Shown piece after piece: positions 46,669 to 56,734 of a stretch of 61,068 nucleotides of DNA. Every line of letters begins with the position of its first letter. The first letter of the stretch is position 1. The position numbers and the translations under genes were made by a program. Source of the stretch: a virus (lineage: Duplodnaviria; Caudoviricetes); the IMG/VR virus record IMGVR_UViG_3300017966_000001, positions 1 through 61,068 of that record. One strand, 5' to 3'. Below the pieces are notes generated by a model. The model was given only the letters and a program-made list of their open reading frames with translations, was not told the origin of the DNA and did no database searches.

Positions 46669-46847
46669 TGCGCACTATTGCGGTTTTTATGCTGACATTG
46701 GTAGTATTGCTAATTGCTGCAATACCAATGTGTCTAAGCCTCCTCGTAGGTGCTATTGTTGGGGCATGCCAATGTGGTTATCGTTACGGTGATGCTCGAT
46801 TCTTCACTCTCGTTCACGACCTCTTGGGGGGAATCGATGAAATTTAA
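46665..46847 (+). CDS. Small membrane protein
   Basis: Long hydrophobic N-terminus; overlaps neighbours. Confidence 0.55.
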   Translation: MMRTIAVFMLTLVVLLIAAIPMCLSLLVGAIVGACQCGYRYGDARFFTLVHDLLGGIDEI

Positions 46848-47217
46848 CCACGTCAACCTATGTCTCCTCAGCGCCCCCGCCATCGTCTCAGCCGCGCCGG
46901 CACCGATGACACCAGCTGAGCCGGCACCGATGACACCAGCTGAGCCGGCACCGATGACACCAGCTGAGCCGGCACCGATGACACCAGCTGAGCGGCTGAT
47001 CGCAATGTCGGCTGAATACTACAAGCAGGCACTGGCGTGTGATCGTGTGGCAGAGCAGTTACTCGATCAGCTCATCACTGCTGACGATGGCGCTGCCCAG
47101 CTTGCCACGTCGCTTGAACTCAATCGTGTGCTCTTGAAGGGAGCCGCCTATAGGGATAAGGCACTTGAATGCCTGGGCGCCGTTTTTGACGCAATGCGTG
47201 AGGAACGCAAATCATGA
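46837..47217 (+). CDS. Hypothetical protein with a (PAPMTPAE)4 linker
   Basis: GGGGGA RBS, ATG 46837. Confidence 0.65.
   Translation: MKFNHVNLCLLSAPAIVSAAPAPMTPAEPAPMTPAEPAPMTPAEPAPMTPAERLIAMSAEYYKQALACDRVAEQLLDQLITADDGAAQLATSLELNRVLLKGAAYRDKALECLGAVFDAMREERKS
46897..46992. repeat. 4 x 24-bp perfect tandem repeat
   Basis: CCGGCACCGATGACACCAGCTGAG x4. Confidence 0.97.
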
Positions 47218-47572
47218 CTGAATCACGAATCATCAAATGCCCCCACTGTGGGAAACCTGCCCTCTGCAACAAAGTTGGCCTTTATTGCCCACACTGTAAG
47301 AACAACCGGAGGTGACATGTCGAAGCTCGAATGGGACGAGATCAAAGGTTGGTATGTCGTCGACGATGAGCCAAAAATTCCTATTGACACGAACCCTAAT
47401 TACGACGACATTGTTCGCAAATCGATCGTCCGGGATTCCTGGAATCGACACGGAGAGGGGTTTGATTAGATGCCGGTTACCCCAGATTTAAGCGCGCCAG
47501 AAAACAGAGACTGGTGGGAATTTGTCAGGAAGACCTCTGAAGAGGTTAAAGCCTGGCCCGCTTGGATGAAAG

Positions 47573-47833
47573 GTGATTATAGTGGAAAAGGGTTGCGATA
47601 ACTGTCGTCATTTCAATTCGCATGGAAGGCCCGTGTGTTCTAAACTTCTTTGCAGCAGGGATTACGAAACTGGTGAACTTTCTGGATGGGAGCCGAATGT
47701 GTGCGACATTGCCATTCTGCCCGAACATCAACGTATCGAATCCGCAATCTCAGAGGTCATCTATTCGCATGTCGACAGTCCAGTTGTCGCTGGGCAAATC
47801 ATGCGTGACATTCGTAAAGCGATCTACAACTAA
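47573..47833 (+). CDS. Hypothetical Cys-containing protein
   Basis: CDNCRHF...; operon packing. Confidence 0.55.
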   Translation: MIIVEKGCDNCRHFNSHGRPVCSKLLCSRDYETGELSGWEPNVCDIAILPEHQRIESAISEVIYSHVDSPVVAGQIMRDIRKAIYN

Positions 47834-47844
47834 AAGGAGCGAGT

Positions 47845-48027
47845 ATGAACACCATGACAAGTTTCAGCCTCTTCGCTATCGCTTACAGCAAGACCGTCGT
47901 TCAAGCTGATATCGGTCTTGTGCTCAGCGAGACTTTTGAAACCTCCTTGTTAGGTTTCCAGCTTGACTTGGACGAGCGGTGCGTGATCTTCAATATCTTC
48001 GAACTCAACATTGGCATTGGTTTTTAA
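47845..48027 (+). CDS. Hypothetical protein
   Basis: AAGGAG RBS. Confidence 0.55.
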   Translation: MNTMTSFSLFAIAYSKTVVQADIGLVLSETFETSLLGFQLDLDERCVIFNIFELNIGIGF

Positions 48028-48126
48028 CTACGGACCCCTCCCCCGGAAAGGCGCTATTTGGCGCCTTTTTCATTTTTGCTATTGACACTCAAACAACATG
48101 AGCCATCATTATCTCAGGAGGCACCG

Positions 48127-48279
48127 ATGAACGCTGAATATAGACACGCGCTTGAGGCGAACATTCGTGCTGAACGTAATCGTGGTCTTGTGTGCAAGTT
48201 CGCAATTATCGCACTGAGCTTGTCAGGTGTGATCGCTTGCTTGTATTCATTGGGCGTGATTTGTGTTGGGACGTTCTAA
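48127..48279 (+). CDS. Small membrane protein
   Basis: AGGAGG RBS; C-terminal TM helix. Confidence 0.55.
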   Translation: MNAEYRHALEANIRAERNRGLVCKFAIIALSLSGVIACLYSLGVICVGTF

Positions 48280-48303
48280 CCGAAGCCTGAGGAGAGGCGC
48301 TCT

Positions 48304-48522
48304 ATGCTATACATCCTACCAACCACCTATGATGACACACCTCTCAAAGGTTATCGTTACCAAACCAAATCTGGCCTGAACTTGTGCCAGGATTGCGTAT
48401 GTGGCAATCGCTCGGCATGTGCCGACCCATACAGCGAAGATTGGTTCGTGATCGGGCATGAAAAATGCAGCAACTTCGTTTGCGATAACTGCGCGGAAAG
48501 GGGCATCGATGGCGAAATTTGA
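48304..48522 (+). CDS. Zinc-binding hypothetical protein
   Basis: CQDC...CDNC; AGGAG RBS. Confidence 0.55.
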   Translation: MLYILPTTYDDTPLKGYRYQTKSGLNLCQDCVCGNRSACADPYSEDWFVIGHEKCSNFVCDNCAERGIDGEI

Positions 48523-49009
48523 TTTGGCGTTGCCATATCTTTTGTTAAGCGAGGGTGGTTTCAGCGATAACCCGCATGACGCCGGTGGTCCAACCAATCA
48601 CGGTATCACCCTGCACCTGGCACAGCACTATGGGATCAACAGCGTCGAAGAACTCAGGACGATGTCGATGGACAAAGTTGCCGAAATTTACGAGACCGAG
48701 TTCTGGAGGTTTGACGGCATCACCAACCAGAGGGTTGCAACTAAACTGTTCGATATGGTTCCTAATTTCCGAGCTGGCAAAGCGATAGAAACTGCCCAAC
48801 GTGAGATGGCGCTCGCTGGAACCAAACTCACGATTGACGGGCGTTATGGGCCAGCTACTGAGTCCGCAATCAACGCCTTTGGCGACCGCATGCTCGACAT
48901 GCTGTGCGAGGGTTGTAAAAAACACTACCTAGCAATTGTTGCAAAGCAACCCGATCAGGTTGTATTTTTACGGGGTTGGTTAGCACGCGCAGCGAGAGTC
49001 CCCAGGTGA
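48509..49009 (+). CDS. Endolysin, glycoside hydrolase family 108 with peptidoglycan-binding domain
   Basis: EGGFSDNPHDAGGPTNHGIT; DGRYGPAT; FLRGWLAR. Confidence 0.92.
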   Translation: MAKFDLALPYLLLSEGGFSDNPHDAGGPTNHGITLHLAQHYGINSVEELRTMSMDKVAEIYETEFWRFDGITNQRVATKLFDMVPNFRAGKAIETAQREMALAGTKLTIDGRYGPATESAINAFGDRMLDMLCEGCKKHYLAIVAKQPDQVVFLRGWLARAARVPR

Positions 49010-49013
49010 TGGC

Positions 49014-49604
49014 ATGAACTTTGATTGGAAGACAACAATCTCGGCGGTAGCCCCTATTCTGGGGACGGTCCTTGGTGGGCCCCTCGCCGGCACGGCTGTC
49101 AAAGCTTTGTCTGATCTGTTGCTCGGCAAGCCGGATGGTACATCAGAAGAAGTTCAGAAGGTCGTGGAAGCTGGGCTACCCCCTGAAACGTTGGTTAAGC
49201 TCAAAGAACTGGACAACCAATTTAAACTCTCCCTCGAAGCCGCGAAACTTGACATCGCAAAACTCGAAGCTCAGGTTGAACAATCCTATCTTGCTGACAC
49301 CCAGAATGCCCGGTTGGCCAATGCTCAGAACAAAGGCACCTTCTGGATGGGAGTGTGTATACTCTGCACGTTTTTCGTCTTGATGGCATTGGTCCTTCTC
49401 GCTTGCTATAAGATTCTTACACGCGGGCTTTTGATTGCAGATCCTGGCACAGCAGCTGTTGTGTTTACCCTTGTGGGCACGATAGTTGGATATGTGGCTA
49501 GCAATGCTCAAACGGTTGTCAATTTCGAGTTCGGTTCTGCTCGGGGATCGGCGAAGAAGTCCGAAGATCTCGCCGCTGCTGTTCAACAGTTGGTTAAGAA
49601 ATGA
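49014..49604 (+). CDS. Holin-like membrane protein
   Basis: VAPILGTVLGGPLAG, D..NAR, two TM helices, F.FGS..GS..K; follows the endolysin. Confidence 0.8.
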   Translation: MNFDWKTTISAVAPILGTVLGGPLAGTAVKALSDLLLGKPDGTSEEVQKVVEAGLPPETLVKLKELDNQFKLSLEAAKLDIAKLEAQVEQSYLADTQNARLANAQNKGTFWMGVCILCTFFVLMALVLLACYKILTRGLLIADPGTAAVVFTLVGTIVGYVASNAQTVVNFEFGSARGSAKKSEDLAAAVQQLVKK

Positions 49605-49837
49605 GCAGGTCCAGACGCAAGACCTCTATTTGTGCCAAATCTACTTGCCGATCTGAGAAAGAAGACAAGCAGATTTGGCACTCAAGAGAACGACACGCGA
49701 TCAAGCAATCTTTGCACTGCGACCCAGAGGTAGAAATTTTGCCCGCACAGAAAGAAGTAAGCGATCCCTGGTCGATGGGTAAGGATGGAAAGCAATTCTT
49801 CGATTCGGTAAGGTTCCCAAAATACATGCGCAAGTAA
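49601..49837 (+). CDS. Small basic conserved protein
   Basis: MSRSRRKT...SEKEDK..WH...R...DPWSMGKDGK. Confidence 0.65.
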   Translation: MSRSRRKTSICAKSTCRSEKEDKQIWHSRERHAIKQSLHCDPEVEILPAQKEVSDPWSMGKDGKQFFDSVRFPKYMRK

Positions 49838-49844
49838 CTTCACT

Positions 49845-49865
49845 GACGGCGAAAGCCGTCTTTTT
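49845..49865 (+). terminator. Intrinsic terminator
   Basis: GACGGC-GAAA-GCCGTC-TTTTT. Confidence 0.8.
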
Positions 49866-49879
49866 CTATTGGTGCCAAA

Positions 49880-50128
49880 ATGCCTATTGCCGCCGGAACC
49901 ATAATTTCAAGCCTGTCGTTACTTCTTCTGAGTATGATGGCATGGTTCCTGCTTGAGCTCTGGCGGGGAAACAAGGATACTCGTGAGCTGCTTTTGAAAA
50001 TCTTCCAGGAACTCAAAGACGAGATGAACGAGATCAAGCTTGAAGAGCAGAAATTGCGCGATAAGCAAGAAATGCTCGCTAAGCAGTGTGACTGGCGACA
50101 CTCCAGGAGCAGACGTGACGCAGCTTGA
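49880..50128 (+). CDS. Single-TM coiled-coil protein (possible lysis accessory)
   Basis: N-terminal TM plus coiled coil. Confidence 0.55.
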   Translation: MPIAAGTIISSLSLLLLSMMAWFLLELWRGNKDTRELLLKIFQELKDEMNEIKLEEQKLRDKQEMLAKQCDWRHSRSRRDAA

Positions 50129-50188
50129 ACTGTGGCGTATATTGTAGTTGTGAGATCGGTCCCTTAGCTAACACAGGAGGCGCTGCGT

Positions 50189-50764
50189 ATGCCAGAGAAA
50201 ATCAACCCGTTGACGAATCTGACTGACAAAGAGGAAATCTTTGTCGAGGAATATATTAAGCATGGCAACGCGTCGAAGGCGGCAGACGTTGCTGGGTATA
50301 AATGGTCCAATCGGGTTGGGCCAAGGACGCTTAAGAATTCTCGTGTCAAGGCTGCGATAGCAAACAAAAAACTTGACATGAAGGCCGATGCGGTCGAACG
50401 AATTGACAGCAATTGGGTGCTCAAGCAGGCTGTCGAAGTCTACAATCGTTCCATGGCCCGTAAGCCAGTTACAACACGTGACCCCAAGACGCGTAAAGAG
50501 ATACCCCTTGTCGATGCTCAGGGTCGTCACGTCTGGAAGCATGACGCGTCTATTTCAATCAAGGCTCTGGATCTCATCGGCAAGCATGTTGAGATTCGAG
50601 CATTCAACAACGATGCCCAGGTGACGATCAAGAACCAATCCGACGAGATCGACTATTCTTTATACACGGATGACGAGCTAGAAGAGATCGCCAAACTGGA
50701 AGCATTGGTTGCTCGTGGCCGAAAGCGCACGAGTGTTGAAGACGCTGAAGATGAGGGAGAATAA
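50189..50764 (+). CDS. terS: Terminase small subunit
   Basis: LTDKEEIFVEEYI..GNASKAA..AGY; KALDLIGKH. Confidence 0.9.
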   Translation: MPEKINPLTNLTDKEEIFVEEYIKHGNASKAADVAGYKWSNRVGPRTLKNSRVKAAIANKKLDMKADAVERIDSNWVLKQAVEVYNRSMARKPVTTRDPKTRKEIPLVDAQGRHVWKHDASISIKALDLIGKHVEIRAFNNDAQVTIKNQSDEIDYSLYTDDELEEIAKLEALVARGRKRTSVEDAEDEGE

Positions 50765-52280
50765 CGATAAATTACTATCGCATATCCAGGGGGCTAAAGC
50801 CGAGTTGGCTAAACGCTCCTTGGCTGAGTTTGTCAAGCAAAGTTGGCACGTCATTGAACCAACAACACCGTTGATCTGGAATTGGCATATCGAAGTCATA
50901 TGCCAGCATGTGCAAGCATTATTAGAAGGTAGGCTGGGTAAAAACAACTTACTGGTTAATGTGCCACCCGGTTCAATGAAATCTACGATTATTAGCGTAT
51001 GCGTTCCTCCGTGGATGTGGCTAAGGAACCCGTCCTGGCGGGGTCTGTTCATTTCAGGTAATGAATCGGTTGCCATTCGAGACAGTATTAAGTGTCGTGA
51101 TATTCTAACTTCTGAGTGGTATCAGAATACCTTCAGACCTAGATGGACGTTCGCGAAAGATCAGAGGGCCAAGGGGAATTATAAAAATTCAGCGTCTGGA
51201 TTTAGAAAATCCACCACTGCCGGAAGTAAAATAACTGGAGATCGTTCTGATGATATTTTCGTAGACGACCCGAACGACGCGCAGTCGGTAATGTCGCAGG
51301 TCAAACGGGACACTATCAATTTCTGGTGGGACAATGCAGCTGCGAACCGTCTCAATAATCTGATAACCGGAAAACGTTGCATAATACAACAGCGGCTCCA
51401 CGAAGAAGATCTGACAGGCCACGTGTTAAGTAAAGACCCTGGTAATTGGGACGCTCTCGTGATACGCCAGGAATTCGAGGTTCCCAAAGAGACCGATCCT
51501 GATTTTTTGCCCACTAGTTTGGGGTGGCGAGACAATCGACTTTCGGGGGAGCTCATGTTTCCGGAGCGGTTTCCGGAAACAGTTTTGGCTGGGGAAAGAC
51601 GCCGGTTAAGAGCGACTGGATATGCCGGGCAACATCAACAAAGGCCCGCGCCGGCTGAAGGAGCAATTTTCAAGCGAGAGGATTGGCGATGGTATCGACC
51701 ACCCCAACCATGGGATACTCTGGACGATTCAGGCCGACGTATGCAGCTGCATGCACTCGGGATTAATCAAGTGCTTCAATCGTGGGACATTGCGATAGGC
51801 GGCAAACAATCGAACGACTATACAGCCTGTTGCACACTGGGTATTGCGCAGAATAAGTATTACATCCTAGATATCTGGACGGCTCAGTGTGAGTATCCGG
51901 AAGCCAAACGACAAGTACAGTTGTTGTATGACAAGTGGCGTCCCCACAGGGTGACGGTTGAAGGCGGTGGCGCTACTGGAGGCAAATCGATCATCCAGGA
52001 ATTACGACGCGAAACTCGAATCCCATTCAAAGAAACTAAAACGAGTTCTGACAAAGTCATGCGGGCACGGTTGATTAGCCCAAACCAGGAATCGGGATTG
52101 TGTTATCTCCCGGAAGGTGAGCCGTGGGTTGCTGATTTCTACGAGTCTTGCTCCGTGTTTCCGGCTGGCAAACACGATGACGACGTCGACTCATTTATCA
52201 TGGCGATGGAGGAGGCGACTACCCCGGGAAGCCGAAAACTGCAAATCACCGAGAGCCTGCTAAACAAGCTGGCACGTTAG
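50751..52280 (+). CDS. terL: Terminase large subunit
   Basis: NVPPGSMKS, ITGDR...VDDP, IQQRLHEEDL, QSWD, FPAGKHDDDVD. Confidence 0.95.
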   Translation: MRENNDKLLSHIQGAKAELAKRSLAEFVKQSWHVIEPTTPLIWNWHIEVICQHVQALLEGRLGKNNLLVNVPPGSMKSTIISVCVPPWMWLRNPSWRGLFISGNESVAIRDSIKCRDILTSEWYQNTFRPRWTFAKDQRAKGNYKNSASGFRKSTTAGSKITGDRSDDIFVDDPNDAQSVMSQVKRDTINFWWDNAAANRLNNLITGKRCIIQQRLHEEDLTGHVLSKDPGNWDALVIRQEFEVPKETDPDFLPTSLGWRDNRLSGELMFPERFPETVLAGERRRLRATGYAGQHQQRPAPAEGAIFKREDWRWYRPPQPWDTLDDSGRRMQLHALGINQVLQSWDIAIGGKQSNDYTACCTLGIAQNKYYILDIWTAQCEYPEAKRQVQLLYDKWRPHRVTVEGGGATGGKSIIQELRRETRIPFKETKTSSDKVMRARLISPNQESGLCYLPEGEPWVADFYESCSVFPAGKHDDDVDSFIMAMEEATTPGSRKLQITESLLNKLAR

Positions 52281-52327
52281 TTGCGAGTGGCTGCACCTGG
52301 TAGTAATTTGATAAGATCGGGGGTCGA

Positions 52328-52990
52328 TTGGGTTTCCAAGTGTTTAGCAACAATTGCTCAGCGGCATTGGCGTCGGCAATTGACGTATCGACCGACACCT
52401 TGACTTTGGCAAATGTCGTTGGCGCCTGGCCCGTCCCAAGTAATGGTGACTTCTTCAAGTTCACCCTTAGCGACGCAGCCGAAACCAAGTGGGAGATCTG
52501 CACCTGCTCAGCTAACGCGTCCGGGGTCCTATCTATTCAGCGCGCTCAGGAGGGAACCGTCGCCAGGGCTTGGCCGGCTGGGTCTGTTGTAGAGATTCGA
52601 GAGACAGCTGGGTTCTTTAATGAGCTCGCACTGAAACAATACTCGCAGGTTTTGTTGGGTGACAGCTTTGCGACAAACCAACCGTTTCAGTTGCAGAACG
52701 GTATAGCCCAACAGGTCACTTCATTGAGCGCGGACCCGACCGTAAACGGCATCATTCTTTCCTCGGGACACGCCGGCGACACAGTTCTATGCGCAATGAC
52801 TGACGGGCCCGTATTCGAAACGCCTCTTGCGTTCAACTTTGTGGGCACGGCATTTCTAGGACAAGATGGTCGGCTCACGGCAATAATACCGTCAAGCGAA
52901 GCTGGGGACGTTTGGAGCTTGCAGGTGGCCCGCGTCTTGACATCAACAACGTTTGCATTTCAACCTGATTATGCAATTCAATTGGCATAA
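52328..52990 (+). CDS. Virion fibre-associated structural protein
   Basis: FSNN..A.LA..I...EI...RAQEGT.ARAW.AG..VE.R.TAG, an N-terminal domain typical of fibre attachment proteins. Confidence 0.65.
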   Translation: MGFQVFSNNCSAALASAIDVSTDTLTLANVVGAWPVPSNGDFFKFTLSDAAETKWEICTCSANASGVLSIQRAQEGTVARAWPAGSVVEIRETAGFFNELALKQYSQVLLGDSFATNQPFQLQNGIAQQVTSLSADPTVNGIILSSGHAGDTVLCAMTDGPVFETPLAFNFVGTAFLGQDGRLTAIIPSSEAGDVWSLQVARVLTSTTFAFQPDYAIQLA

Positions 52991-52999
52991 GGAGATCCT

Positions 53000-53554
53000 A
53001 TGACCGCTGCGCAGAAATTTCTTCAACGCAATCCCTCTGGTTCAGGCTTGGCAGAAAACACAGCTAGCACCTCGGGAGGCGCTGGGAACGAAGGTAAAAT
53101 CCCGGCCCTCGATCCTACCACGGGTTTGTTGAATATCAACATGATGCCCGTTGGCATTGGCCCTGAGGTTGACGCATCCGGTGTCTGCGGAGCCACTTCT
53201 TTGACGGCAGGAATGTACGTCAATTTTTACAACAATGGCGGGACCAAAACAGTTCAACCCGCCGACAACAGCGATGCAACCAAGCCGGCCCACGGCTTTG
53301 TGCTGGCTGGCTATTCTGTTGGTCAGACGGTGACAGTATATCTCCCCAGCCAGACTAACAATCTGATCCCGGTTGGATCGTTTGTAGCCGCCGACATCGG
53401 GAAACCCCTCTACCTTGGAACCTCTGGCGCTGCTACGCTTACTCGCCTGGCATCTGGCACTGGTAAATTGGATCAGCAGGTTGGAGAGGTCGACAGCGTT
53501 GGCGCTGCAGTGAGTTCCTGCTTTAAGCCCGAAGCTGGTATTGTCTTGGCTTAA
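53000..53554 (+). CDS. Capsid-cement/fibre-like structural protein
   Basis: GKIPALD..GLL; ADNSDATKPAHGFVL...G..LYL...G...QQVG; AAGGAG RBS. Confidence 0.6.
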   Translation: MTAAQKFLQRNPSGSGLAENTASTSGGAGNEGKIPALDPTTGLLNINMMPVGIGPEVDASGVCGATSLTAGMYVNFYNNGGTKTVQPADNSDATKPAHGFVLAGYSVGQTVTVYLPSQTNNLIPVGSFVAADIGKPLYLGTSGAATLTRLASGTGKLDQQVGEVDSVGAAVSSCFKPEAGIVLA

Positions 53555-53581
53555 TTCAGCAGCACCAATGGAGGCGGTGGC

Positions 53582-56500
53582 ATGACGGCTAAAAAGCCTC
53601 TAATTCGATACCCAAGCGGGCCGGGCTTCCAGGAAGCCCAGCTCGCATCTAGCGATTTATCCGATGGACCATCCCAACCATTGGATGCGACGTTAACGGC
53701 GTTAGCTGGGTTAGACACGGTTACGGGGCTCGTATATCAAACCGGCGCGGATACGTTCACCAAGGTCGCCGGCTCATACAGTGCCGGTGTCGTAGTGCTT
53801 CCAGGCATAACCGATAACGGTAATGGCACAGTCACACTAAACAATAATGGTGTTGTAAATCTGTACAGTTCTTCTGGGTCAGTTACGCCACTGAAGAGCT
53901 ACCCCCTGACTGGTGGAACGTTTTCTCTAACTGACTTAACGACCAACTTTATATATGTCGATTACAATAGTGGGGCCCCAATATACGCTAGCACTGCAAA
54001 TCGTGACTTGATTAACAGTCATTATTTGATGGATCGCACAGTAGTATACACGATTGAGCGCAATGGGCTCGCACTGAATATAACGGATTGGGATCAAACT
54101 GGCATTGGGCTCACCGAAAAAGCCCTCAACCGTCGATTCGATGTTGACGCCAGATACCAACGTTCACGGTCGGTAGGTGGCCTGGCTATTTCTGACACAG
54201 GCTCCAATACATTCGCCCTGTCGGCTGGACGAGTTTGGGACCCAATCAAATATTATGACCTCGGAGCAGTTGCGAGTGGAAGCGATACAGTGTGGCTGGC
54301 GTATCAGGACGCTAGCTTAGTATGGCACACCAGCGCGGTCACAACATACAACAACACTCAGTACAACGATGCGACAGGCCTCGTTATACTGAGCACGAAT
54401 AAATACGCAGTCAACCACATCTGGCGGTTGGTATCTGCGACAACTAAGACGGTTTGGATTGTCCTCGGGAGGGGGGATTACAAACTCCTGGATGCCCAAT
54501 CGGCGCCTACACCACCAGCACCGCCATTCGTGAGTCCGTTAGCGATATACTGTGGTCGGATCATCGTTCAAAAGAACGCCTCAACAGCTACTCAGATTGA
54601 TTCAGCATTTACACAGAATTTGGGGTCCGCGCCGGTTCTCGTTCACAACGATTTAACAGGGCGTGATGCTGTTGATTGCCATCCAGTCGCCAGCATTACA
54701 GGTGCTGCTCCGGATATGTCTGCGATCACCAAAGAAGTGACTGGTTTTGCTGATCCAGGCGCAGTTGTGCTCAACTATGACCCAACTGCTCGGACGATAC
54801 AACTCACCGGGACAGCAACGGCATATTGGCGTAATACACTGGTAAGCTCGCTCACGTCTGGGTGGGTGAGCAGTGCCCACACTAATACGACCGGGCATGT
54901 CTATTGGCTCTACTACGACGGAGCCAATTTCCTGTGGGCGACAGATTCGTTCCCAGGCTTCGATAAACTGCTGATCGCTATCGTGAATTTCGGGGCGTCT
55001 GACAAATATGCTATGCGAGAATGTCACGGTGTCATGCAGTGGCAGGTCCATGAGGAGTTTCACGACACGGTAGGGACCTATCGCGAGTCCGGTGGAGCGG
55101 TTGGGGGTTACACTCTTGCGTCGACGACGGCTACTGAGCGTAGGCCATCTGTGACCCAGACTGTGATCCAGGATGAGGATAACACAACTACACTCCCAGC
55201 TTTAGCTGACAATGGCCCATATACGCAGATATACTTAGCCTCCACTGGCACATCCACGTATGCGGTTGACGCGGCTGAAATCGTTCCAGTGTCAGGTAGC
55301 AATCCATATTACAATAGCTTTTCAAGCCCCAACTGGGCTCAAACGCTGATGCCCGCCAACTCTGTGGGCACAGTTTGGCTCATGGGCATCCCAGCAACGG
55401 CCAGCGCAACGAGTCAGAAATACAGGTTCCTGTGGATACAACCTCAATGGATCACTCAGGCTCAGAGCACTTCCCCTGCCAACCTGGCTACCGCACGAGC
55501 CACCGAGCTATTGCGATCGCCAAGTGAGTTAAACCTAGGCACATTTGCCAGTGAGGTGCCTGAGCATGTGATTTTTGCACGGTTGACGATTCAATACACG
55601 GGTGGTAATTGGACGATCGAGGCGGTAAATGTTGTAAATGGCACGCGATACTCTCAATTTGGATCGCCGTCTGGTAATTTTCTGTCTAGTGTCGCAGTTG
55701 CGAGTCCTCTGACTGGATCAGGTGTTCTCACAGATCCGCTTACAATCGCAGCTGCAACAGCATCCGTGCCTGGCTATATGACTTCGGCGCAAGCCGGCGT
55801 CATATCCCAGATCATAACAACCGCTGGGCAGACCTATACACTGCCGGCGACTAGTGCAACTCTGGCCAGGACTGACGCAGGTCAGACTTTCACCGGCACG
55901 GAAGTCTTTAATGGCGTTGTTCAAATCCTGGGCGGCGACACTAAAGGCGTCACCTTCCGTGGCAACATCCTTAATAGTGAAGAATACAACGGTGCGACGT
56001 TCATCGCTGTTAACTATCATGGTTACAACAATGGGGTCACACAGTTCCGTGATTTCCGAGTTTACGATGGCAAAGCGAATCAGCTCCTCTTCGTAGACGC
56101 CGCTAATGCGCGGGTCGAACTGACTGCGACAACAGGGCGTGCGCTCCAAGTGGATTCTACCACAGCAGCGACGACACCGACCAATGGCGCGGTTTATGTG
56201 GTCGGAGGAATCGGAACCTCAGATTACTTCTGTGGGAAGTATCGTTCGTCCGACGGCACGGCTGGCGCCACAGTCACATTAACCGGCGCGCCCAGCGCAA
56301 TGACAATCAAAGACGGCATAATTACGTCGGCTTCCCCTGGCTCCGGTGGGGCATTGAACACCCGAGCGGAGGCGGCCCACACAACAGCGTTATTGGCCGC
56401 CAATGCGACCGAAACATTCACGTTGACTCTCAATAAACTCAGCGGGATCATTAAAATCGCGACGGATTACCCGGCTTGGATTAGAATCTATGGCACGGAC

Positions 56501-56734
56501 GCAGCTAGGACGAGCGATAACAGCCGATTGATCAATACTGACCCAGCTGCAAATATTGCATTGTATATGGATGCTGCAACAAATTCTGCGCTGTCGTTAA
56601 CAATCGTGCCGGTCAAGTTGTTCGCGAACATGGATTCACCAACGGCAAATACTGCCTATGTGTCAGTGCAAAATTTAGACGCTGTGAGCCGGGCGATAAC
56701 GTTGACTGTAACTTACCTTGGTCTGGAGGCTTGA
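53582..56734 (+). CDS. Long fibre protein (1050 aa)
   Basis: QPLDATLTALAGL fibre motif; Thr/Gly/Ser-rich beta domains; HNDLTGRD and GYMTSAQ fibre linkers. Confidence 0.75.
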   Translation: MTAKKPLIRYPSGPGFQEAQLASSDLSDGPSQPLDATLTALAGLDTVTGLVYQTGADTFTKVAGSYSAGVVVLPGITDNGNGTVTLNNNGVVNLYSSSGSVTPLKSYPLTGGTFSLTDLTTNFIYVDYNSGAPIYASTANRDLINSHYLMDRTVVYTIERNGLALNITDWDQTGIGLTEKALNRRFDVDARYQRSRSVGGLAISDTGSNTFALSAGRVWDPIKYYDLGAVASGSDTVWLAYQDASLVWHTSAVTTYNNTQYNDATGLVILSTNKYAVNHIWRLVSATTKTVWIVLGRGDYKLLDAQSAPTPPAPPFVSPLAIYCGRIIVQKNASTATQIDSAFTQNLGSAPVLVHNDLTGRDAVDCHPVASITGAAPDMSAITKEVTGFADPGAVVLNYDPTARTIQLTGTATAYWRNTLVSSLTSGWVSSAHTNTTGHVYWLYYDGANFLWATDSFPGFDKLLIAIVNFGASDKYAMRECHGVMQWQVHEEFHDTVGTYRESGGAVGGYTLASTTATERRPSVTQTVIQDEDNTTTLPALADNGPYTQIYLASTGTSTYAVDAAEIVPVSGSNPYYNSFSSPNWAQTLMPANSVGTVWLMGIPATASATSQKYRFLWIQPQWITQAQSTSPANLATARATELLRSPSELNLGTFASEVPEHVIFARLTIQYTGGNWTIEAVNVVNGTRYSQFGSPSGNFLSSVAVASPLTGSGVLTDPLTIAAATASVPGYMTSAQAGVISQIITTAGQTYTLPATSATLARTDAGQTFTGTEVFNGVVQILGGDTKGVTFRGNILNSEEYNGATFIAVNYHGYNNGVTQFRDFRVYDGKANQLLFVDAANARVELTATTGRALQVDSTTAATTPTNGAVYVVGGIGTSDYFCGKYRSSDGTAGATVTLTGAPSAMTIKDGIITSASPGSGGALNTRAEAAHTTALLAANATETFTLTLNKLSGIIKIATDYPAWIRIYGTDAARTSDNSRLINTDPAANIALYMDAATNSALSLTIVPVKLFANMDSPTANTAYVSVQNLDAVSRAITLTVTYLGLEA

